Shown here piece after piece: positions 37,714-44,800 of a stretch of 64,000 nt of DNA. Position 1 is the first letter of the stretch. Every line of letters starts with the position of its first letter. The notes beneath the pieces are model-generated. The model searched no databases and was not told where the DNA came from. It saw only the letters and a program-made list of their open reading frames with translations. This DNA is from a phage. The DNA is taken from assembly GCA_025284135.1 (NCBI GenBank), contig GCA_025284135.1_3646.1; one strand, given 5' to 3'. The position numbers and the translations under genes were made by a program.

Positions 37714-38298
37714 ATGAAAATACTTCAAGAGTTTAAACTTTACCAACCGGGATCTGGCGAATACCACGCCAACAAGGAAACCAAAGAGCTGACCCCTCAA
37801 GAGGTTGAGGATTACACCGCATACACTGGGTATTTTTTACGTAATGATGATGGCGATTGGTATGTGCAGTCACGAACATTACGACAAGAAAATCCGGGTT
37901 GTATCTTCCTACTTGTTGACGAGAAGGGAATTCTTAAGACATCTACAGAAGAACCTGATGCCTTATGGCCTGCTCCAGGTCTTCGTGTGGTTATCGCCAA
38001 AAAAGAAGAGGTACCAGAAAACATTATGCTTCACCACGACGCTTTGCGTTTAGTTGGTGATGAATTTGTCACAGATAATGAATTCTTTGTTCAACAGGCA
38101 GAGGGTGTCATAGAGACAGAACTTGCTTGGGCTACTGCTAGAATTGGTGCCTATCAAGACATGATTGACCTTGAATATGATCTTACTGATGACCAGAAAC
38201 GTAACATCAGGGATTTGAAAATGTACAGGGTAAAACTTCTTGAAATAGATACATCTAAAGCCCCTGACATTTTCTTCCCGGAGCGACCTACCCTCTAA
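37714..38298 (+). CDS. tail fibre assembly chaperone (Tfa-like)
   Basis: 194 aa; C-terminal motif LKMYRVKLLEIDTSKAPDIFFPERP matches the Tfa signature (W/Y-R-x-x-L-x-x-D-x-S-x-APDI-x-W/F-P). Confidence 0.75.
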   Translation: MKILQEFKLYQPGSGEYHANKETKELTPQEVEDYTAYTGYFLRNDDGDWYVQSRTLRQENPGCIFLLVDEKGILKTSTEEPDALWPAPGLRVVIAKKEEVPENIMLHHDALRLVGDEFVTDNEFFVQQAEGVIETELAWATARIGAYQDMIDLEYDLTDDQKRNIRDLKMYRVKLLEIDTSKAPDIFFPERPTL

Positions 38299-38309
38299 GA
38301 GGAGGTGTT

Positions 38310-38624
38310 GTGGAGTTGGATTTGGCGGCATTGTACGGTATCTGCATGGGTACCGTTGTCCCGATCTGTGTATGGGCTTTCAACCAGTGGCACACTAAAT
38401 GGAAAGGTATTTCCAAGAGGTTGGATGAACTGGAGAAAGACCTCATCTTAGTGAAAAACAGTATGGTTACAAAAGATAAACTTGATTCCGTTATCGAGAC
38501 CCGGTTAAGCAAGCTAGAGGCCGATATTAACGACCTTAAGCAGGATGTCAGGACAGATGTCTCCGGTATCCGAGCTGATGTACAAAAGATTTTGCACATG
38601 CTTGTAGAGCATAGTAAAAGGTAA
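38310..38624 (+). CDS. small membrane-anchored coiled-coil protein (function unknown; holin/antiholin-like or exclusion candidate)
   Basis: 104 aa; GTG start with GAGGAGG SD; one N-terminal TM (LAALYGICMGTVVPICVWAF) then coiled coil; sits between Tfa and second fibre gene. Confidence 0.35.
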   Translation: MELDLAALYGICMGTVVPICVWAFNQWHTKWKGISKRLDELEKDLILVKNSMVTKDKLDSVIETRLSKLEADINDLKQDVRTDVSGIRADVQKILHMLVEHSKR

Positions 38625-38654
38625 ACAAAGGTCAGAACGGAAAGGACTCCGTTC

Positions 38655-38683
38655 TTGCATTTTGTTCTCTAAAGTGTTAAAAT
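38655..38683 (+). promoter_or_regulatory. sigma70-type promoter, extended -10 (TTGCAT-N17-TGtTAAAAT)
   Basis: Hexamers with 17-nt spacer upstream of second fibre paralog. Confidence 0.5.
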
Positions 38684-38713
38684 AGTCCTAAGGAATTTTC
38701 TCAGGAGAACGTG

Positions 38714-39757
38714 ATGACTAAACCAGTTATCCCTCTTGATATTTGGGCCAATCAGGATGTTGTGCTTGAAAATACGGGAGAGTTGAATAAGTCTCAACCA
38801 AAAAAAGAAGATAGATTGAAAGGTTGGGATATGACACAAAGAATGGCATGTGAAGTTGTTAACTTTGAACTTCACATGCTTTCTGCGTGGTTGAAGCATT
38901 TAACAGAAGATGTTGTCCCGGGATGGGATAATAGATTCTTAAGGGTCACTAATAATCTAGCAGACGTTCCAGACAAAGCTGCTGCACGTCAAGTTCTCAA
39001 TGTATACTCGCCTGAAGAAATGGACGATCTATATGTTGACAAGTCTGGAGACATAATGACTCAGACTCAAACTTTAGGTCTTCAAAGAATCGAGTTTGCA
39101 TCTGCGTCAACAGACAATGCGGCAATATATACCACCATAACTCCAGACAAGACGACAATGGACTTCTGGATTATGGACAACATCGGCGGTGCTGACGGCA
39201 CAGACCTTGATGATCCTTCTCACCAAATAGACGGGTTCCGTTGGAGATTTCAACCTTCTGGTGGTCAGCCTGTGTTTTCGGCTATGAAGCTCAATGCTAT
39301 AACTGCCAACCGTGCAAGACTGGCTATCCAAGGAAATCTTGAATGCAACGATGCAAAAAGTTCCTCTGCAAATGCCAATGCGGTCACGATACCAAGAGCC
39401 ACTGTTAACGGACAACAGTCCTGCGGAAGCGCTCAAATAGGTGAAAGAGTTGATTGTAACGATGAAACCGTTAGGGGCCAATATGCAACAGTCGGTGGAA
39501 GAAACGTGGTCCGTAGGGTAAATGGTAGTAGCGCAGACAGTAGTGGTAACCTTACTATTCCTATGCCTAGTAGGGGTGTTGAAGATGTAAGGATAGCAAA
39601 CCGTTTCAGAACCACCTACAGAGAATCAAGAGTATACCCTGGGCATGTAATGTGCTCCGGCAATTACGCCTATAAACACCCGTATCAGGGCGACTATTGG
39701 ACTGGAGCCATTCAAAAATTTGTAAATGGTCAATGGATCACTATATCTTATGCTTAA
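38714..39757 (+). CDS. tail fibre protein (P2 gpH-type C-terminus), paralog B
   Basis: 347 aa from ATG 38714 (track gives GTG 38711); N-terminus (PLDIWANQDVVLEN...) and C-terminus (YWTGAIQKFVNGQWITISYA) paralogous to 36659 gene, central region diverged. Confidence 0.7.
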   Translation: MTKPVIPLDIWANQDVVLENTGELNKSQPKKEDRLKGWDMTQRMACEVVNFELHMLSAWLKHLTEDVVPGWDNRFLRVTNNLADVPDKAAARQVLNVYSPEEMDDLYVDKSGDIMTQTQTLGLQRIEFASASTDNAAIYTTITPDKTTMDFWIMDNIGGADGTDLDDPSHQIDGFRWRFQPSGGQPVFSAMKLNAITANRARLAIQGNLECNDAKSSSANANAVTIPRATVNGQQSCGSAQIGERVDCNDETVRGQYATVGGRNVVRRVNGSSADSSGNLTIPMPSRGVEDVRIANRFRTTYRESRVYPGHVMCSGNYAYKHPYQGDYWTGAIQKFVNGQWITISYA

Positions 39758-39768
39758 AAAGAGGGTAA

Positions 39769-40035
39769 ATGAAACTAACTCAGTTTTTATGGGGACTGGT
39801 TGCGGCATCTGATGACCCTACGAAAGTGTCCCAATCTAAGCTATGGTCGAATATAGGCATGGCGGTGATGACTGGGGTGTTTATTCATATGGGGTATAAT
39901 GATACGCTTCCGGAATGGTATGCGTGGATATACGCACCTTCAGTAGCCTGCCCCCAGCTTATTAGCAAATTCATCTCGCTCCGGTGGGGTTGCCAGCACC
40001 CTGACCACGTTAAAAACGAAGAGCAAAAAGCTTAA
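39769..40035 (+). CDS. small hydrophobic protein (holin-like candidate)
   Basis: 88 aa; two to three hydrophobic segments (FLWGLVAA, IGMAVMTGVFIHMG, WYAWIYAPSVA) and charged C-terminus; no motif match. Confidence 0.3.
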   Translation: MKLTQFLWGLVAASDDPTKVSQSKLWSNIGMAVMTGVFIHMGYNDTLPEWYAWIYAPSVACPQLISKFISLRWGCQHPDHVKNEEQKA

Positions 40036-40044
40036 GGAGAAATC

Positions 40045-41790
40045 ATGGCGCAAGACATGACAAGCTTTGAGCAGGCGGTAGATCAAGTAATTGTTGATTC
40101 TGAACGTTTGCACTTGGTTGTCAACGGTAACGCTGTGGATGAAGTTGTCGTAGAGGATGGGACCACCATCCCTACGGTACGAAAAGCCATGCTTGACAAC
40201 CTTTATTTTAAAACGCCACCGATCCCTTGGGCGTATGGTGCATCCACAACAGTTTTTAACCAGCTGTATGAGTTTAAAGGGGACACAGGCCCTCAATGGT
40301 GGTACGCTCCCGCAGCATCAAAATCTAACCCGGTTAGAATGCCAGCAGATCCTTCACAATCTCCAAACTGGAGATTATACACCGACTCTGCAGTAATGGC
40401 AAAATACTACGCAAAACTTAACAGCCCAAGGTTCGAAGGTGACCCGCGAGTACCTACACCTCCAATGGACGATAAGTCTGAGTCTATAGCAAACACAGAG
40501 TTTGTTGTTGACTATGTGGATAGCATATTTAAAGCCATGGAGGGGATGAAAGTTACTGTAGGGTCTTTGGTGGTAAAAGGTCTTACAGAACTAGCTAACA
40601 CCATAGTTGGGGGCACCCTTACCTTACATGGGCCTGTTAATGGAGCAGATTCTACTGCACGCTTCAGGAACCTAATCCTCACGGCAAATACTTCTACACT
40701 TACTTTTGCGTGGAGCGATCCTAAGCATGCAGACTGGAGAAGCACAGAGCTGCAACCTCATGAAGTGTCCACCCACAGGGTTATAGCTGACACTATAACC
40801 TCTGGGAAACCAGTGGCTAATAATAACGATGTACATTTTGATGGTCTGGGTAATAACTTTTTTGACTACGTGTACATTCGTGGTAATGCCATGAAGGCAG
40901 CAACCGAACCTACATTGCAGGTCGATGGGACCGCCAGGGTTAAGAACCTTGAGGTGACAGGCACCGTTACAGGGATAACCTACTCTGTCGATGGTACCAT
41001 GATCTACCCTAGCTATATTGAAAGCACGGGTGATGCATTGATAAATGGCGATTTAGAGGTTGGTGGGTCTGTAGTTATTCGAGGTACAGCCTCTATCCAA
41101 AACATAGCTCTGAACACTCTGAGAGTCAATGAGCGTGCAACTTTTGAAGGGGAAGGGCTTACAGCTAACAAAGGCATAATTACCGAGCTGACAACAACTA
41201 CTTTAACTGCAACAACTGCAAACTCTGAAAACTGCAACGTTACCAGAAACTTGCAGGTAAACGGCGATGTTAGCTTAAATGACAACGGCACAGGAACAAC
41301 ACGCCTTCATAACCTTGAAATATCCGGCACAGTGACTGGGTGGCTGCCAGACTTCTCTAATGTCAATTTTGTTTGTAATGGTATTAACTCCAGCGGTAAG
41401 ATAACCACCTCTCAAGGAATTGAGGCTGGTAAAACCATCACTGCCCCTACTTTCCACGCAGGAAAAGTAGACTTTGACTTAGAGGAGGTTGACGCATCTA
41501 GTGGGATATGGACACCTAACGGGCAGGCCAGTATGTATGTTGTCCACGCTAAAGGGGATTTTACAATAGGGCAGTGGCCTGGGACATCAGCGGAAGATAA
41601 ACCTTATCCATTCACTGCAGTTATCTATGTCATTCAGGATGCCGTAGGTCACAACGTGACTTTGCACGATAAGTATGCTATCCTGTCGGCAACACCTGTT
41701 ATTAACAACAAGGCTAACAGTGTTACCCTGCTGCAATTAACATATTGTGGTGTTGGTGATATCGTAGACGTGGTAATTGCACAACGTTAA
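40045..41790 (+). CDS. tail fibre protein
   Basis: 581 aa; conserved fibre collar-type motif NSPRFEGDPRVPTPPMDDKSESIANTEFVVDYV (cf. P2 gpH NSPALTGTPTTPTARQGTNNTQIASTAFV); repeated NL-x-V-x-G-x-VTG beta-helix-like segments. Confidence 0.6.
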   Translation: MAQDMTSFEQAVDQVIVDSERLHLVVNGNAVDEVVVEDGTTIPTVRKAMLDNLYFKTPPIPWAYGASTTVFNQLYEFKGDTGPQWWYAPAASKSNPVRMPADPSQSPNWRLYTDSAVMAKYYAKLNSPRFEGDPRVPTPPMDDKSESIANTEFVVDYVDSIFKAMEGMKVTVGSLVVKGLTELANTIVGGTLTLHGPVNGADSTARFRNLILTANTSTLTFAWSDPKHADWRSTELQPHEVSTHRVIADTITSGKPVANNNDVHFDGLGNNFFDYVYIRGNAMKAATEPTLQVDGTARVKNLEVTGTVTGITYSVDGTMIYPSYIESTGDALINGDLEVGGSVVIRGTASIQNIALNTLRVNERATFEGEGLTANKGIITELTTTTLTATTANSENCNVTRNLQVNGDVSLNDNGTGTTRLHNLEISGTVTGWLPDFSNVNFVCNGINSSGKITTSQGIEAGKTITAPTFHAGKVDFDLEEVDASSGIWTPNGQASMYVVHAKGDFTIGQWPGTSAEDKPYPFTAVIYVIQDAVGHNVTLHDKYAILSATPVINNKANSVTLLQLTYCGVGDIVDVVIAQR

Positions 41791-41798
41791 TATATCTA

Positions 41799-41825
41799 AC
41801 CGCTCCTGACGGGGCGGTTTTCTTA
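41799..41825 (+). terminator. intrinsic terminator/attenuator
   Basis: ACCGCTCC-TGAC-GGGGCGGT hairpin followed by TTTTCTT. Confidence 0.5.
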
Positions 41826-41838
41826 TCTGGAGAACACA

Positions 41839-44800
41839 ATGCTTCCAATCCCTTTGCTAAAACTTGGTCGTCATTTCCTCGATAAGAGGGGTGGAATTAA
41901 GGAACTTGCTGTTCTGTCATACCCAATAGACAACAGTGACGGTACAAGCACTACAGTATCCTATGTAAACAGCTTGGCTATACTTTTTGACGATGGTCAA
42001 CTTAATATTACGGGCTATAACAAGTTCGGGGAGTGTCGCACTGGGGATCGTAACCCTATAAACTACCCGAGCGAAACAGCATGGAATGTTGATCATGTGT
42101 GGAGAGCAGACCGTGCGTTTGTGATCCGAACTTTTGATAATCAGTTTTTCTACATCGGCTGCACTGCAGGGCTTATTGGATCTGATGCTGCAGGTGGTAA
42201 TGATGTTTGTGTAAGGGAGTGGACACCTCTTCCTGAACAGATTGTTAAAGGGTTGCACCTTGACACCCACCCGGAGCGCCTTGTTGAGGTGATGGGTGGT
42301 ATTAACAACACTGTCTGGGTTATTGCAGAGGCAGAAGGCACAGGCATACTGAATCTGTATGGGTCTGGTAACAACACCTACGGATCTTTGCATGTAGATA
42401 AAAATCAGCATGCAACCCCTGTAAAGATTGGTGAGACATCGGAAAATCCTGAAACAGGCCCTTGGAAAAACCCAAGCATTAACTGCGAGGTGCATGACAA
42501 CTCTGTTATTTTCGGTGGTCCTAGAGGTTTCTGGATTGCTGGATACGACTTTCTGAGAAATAACAGTAGAAACGACCTTGTTTGGCCTCCTGTGCAGATT
42601 ACTCGTAACGATTTGAGAGGCATTCCTGCAGATGAGGAGTGGAAAGGGTTTATGTGTGGTCCTAACGGGGCAATAATCGCCACACAGAGGATGCACACAC
42701 CCAATGACCAGCAGCTTGTTAACGTATTCTACGGGCAAGACGTCTGGGGAGATGACACATGGCGTTCCTTAAATATCACCTACACCCATGAGGTGATAAT
42801 GGCTCGTGGATACGGCACAAGTGGCATTTTCTTCAATAATGGCACTAAGCAGTATCGTGGATTCTCTCGCAACTTGTGCAATGATATTGGTGCACAATCT
42901 GCAAACAATAGCCCTAGGGCTAATTTTATCCACTATCGGGCTCTTGCTACAGCTAAATATGTTGAGCAACGCCTGCCAGTTAGCTGGACAGAGAGTGTTT
43001 ATTTCCAAGGCATTCACAGGGAAGGTTTCTTAGGAACCTTTACTGTTGTTAATGGCAAACTTTGGTGGTCAGGCATCCCAAGGGGAAGTTTTGCAGGCTC
43101 TAACAACCTGTTTGGCGGCAGACTTAATAGTCAGGGGTTCACAGAGGTTCCTGAGAATTGGTATAAAAATGTCCCGGTAGATAGTTGGGGTGTTGATGAT
43201 ATTTTCGACGTTAACGGTGTTAGCAGCGTTAGCAATATTTACATTGGTGACACGGTCAAGATGAAATTGAAGCCTCAGCCAGAGGGGGCTACGTTCATTA
43301 TTGACAAGATTGAACTGGTAAATGCTGCAGGCACGGTTGTTACAGATGCAAATTACCAATTCTCCACCAACTGGAACCACGGCGGGGCCAACGAAGTTGT
43401 TGTTACCCAGTATAACAGAAATGTTAACAGACGTGGCCTGTACTCTGTAAAAATAACCTATCATGACAAGCATGGCACAGGCAGAACTCACACAACAAGG
43501 ACTTTGAACTGGAACACCATAGTTCCTGCGTATCCGTCCAACGGCAAGTGGCATACTGTCGGTAGAAACAAACAGTTCCATGTCAACAACACTGTATACT
43601 TTGGACTGAATGGGGCTCAGCCTGTAGTAGAAGGTGATACAGCATACATGGTCAGACTACATAGAATGGATGCTGGATCAGCCACGTATGATGTTACCCA
43701 AGAGATTTATGATCAGCGACGAAATACTTACAACAACTTGGTGCAGACACAAGCTGTATGGGAGTTCAATCCTAACGGCAGAGGTGGTAAAATGTTACAG
43801 GTTAACGAGCAAAACGGAACATCGTTGACTGTCCACGAACACCCAGACCCTTGGCGTGATCCTGGAAAACCTAACCCAGGCGCTCGTACACTGAAAATTG
43901 TCAGCCATGATGTAGGATATTTCGGAATACGCTGGGAAGCTACAGTAAGATATGCCGACGGGACGACAAACAATATTGGGATCACCCTTGGTGGCACTAG
44001 TGAGGATAACTCACTGAAAATTGCCTATACACCTAGAGGAATCTCTATTGATAGTATGGATGTTGTTCGCAACGGTTACGGCGATGTGAATGTCAAAGTT
44101 ACTCTTGGCGAACATCTTGGTGGGGAAAGGATCATCATGTATGCCTTTGATCATGACCCTCGCACCAATGGAACCTATGCAGACCAAGCATGGAGTTACC
44201 TGATAAGCGCACCTGAGCCAAATACTAAAGAATTCTACTATGGTATGAAACGAGATGTGTGCAAGAAAACAGGAACACATGACTGGATTGCTATCTGCGT
44301 TAAAGATGAACGAACAGCTTGGGATGAGCCTGTTAACAGATGGTTCATAGGAATTCCTGCCCGAAGTGATAAATATGTTGAAGAATATATTGTGTGCATG
44401 GGAGGCACCAACCTGAACTTGTGTTGGAACGAGGATGCAAACAAATACTCTGATTATGACTATATGCGGGACTATTCTTGCAATCAGTGGTTTAACCAAC
44501 CCGGATATGCTGATCGACAGGCAAGGGTGAATCCTGCAATCTTTACAGATACACAGGTTTTCTTGACAAAACAGGCTAACGAGGTTCAGACCTTCAAGAA
44601 CAAATACGATCCTAACAAGTGGTTTTATAACTGTTATGGCGCATTTTTCTGGGGTCCTGGCGAACTACCTAATGGAGGATCTTGCTTCGAGGCTGCAACT
44701 TACGCCAGTGACAGGTTTATGGGGCAGGTTAAGAAGTACAAGATAATCCCCGGTCCTGAAACTCTGGGCAATGCCGTTGACCCTTATATCGTCATGACTG

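Noticed and set aside
41917-42738. 273-aa antisense ORF inside the giant protein gene, and similar long antisense ORFs (e.g. 15978-16613, 26807-27463, 23423-23881, 24941-25459, 20732-21184)
   Set aside because: Fully embedded antisense to long, well-supported genes with no start-site signals; expected by chance in stop-codon-poor reverse frames
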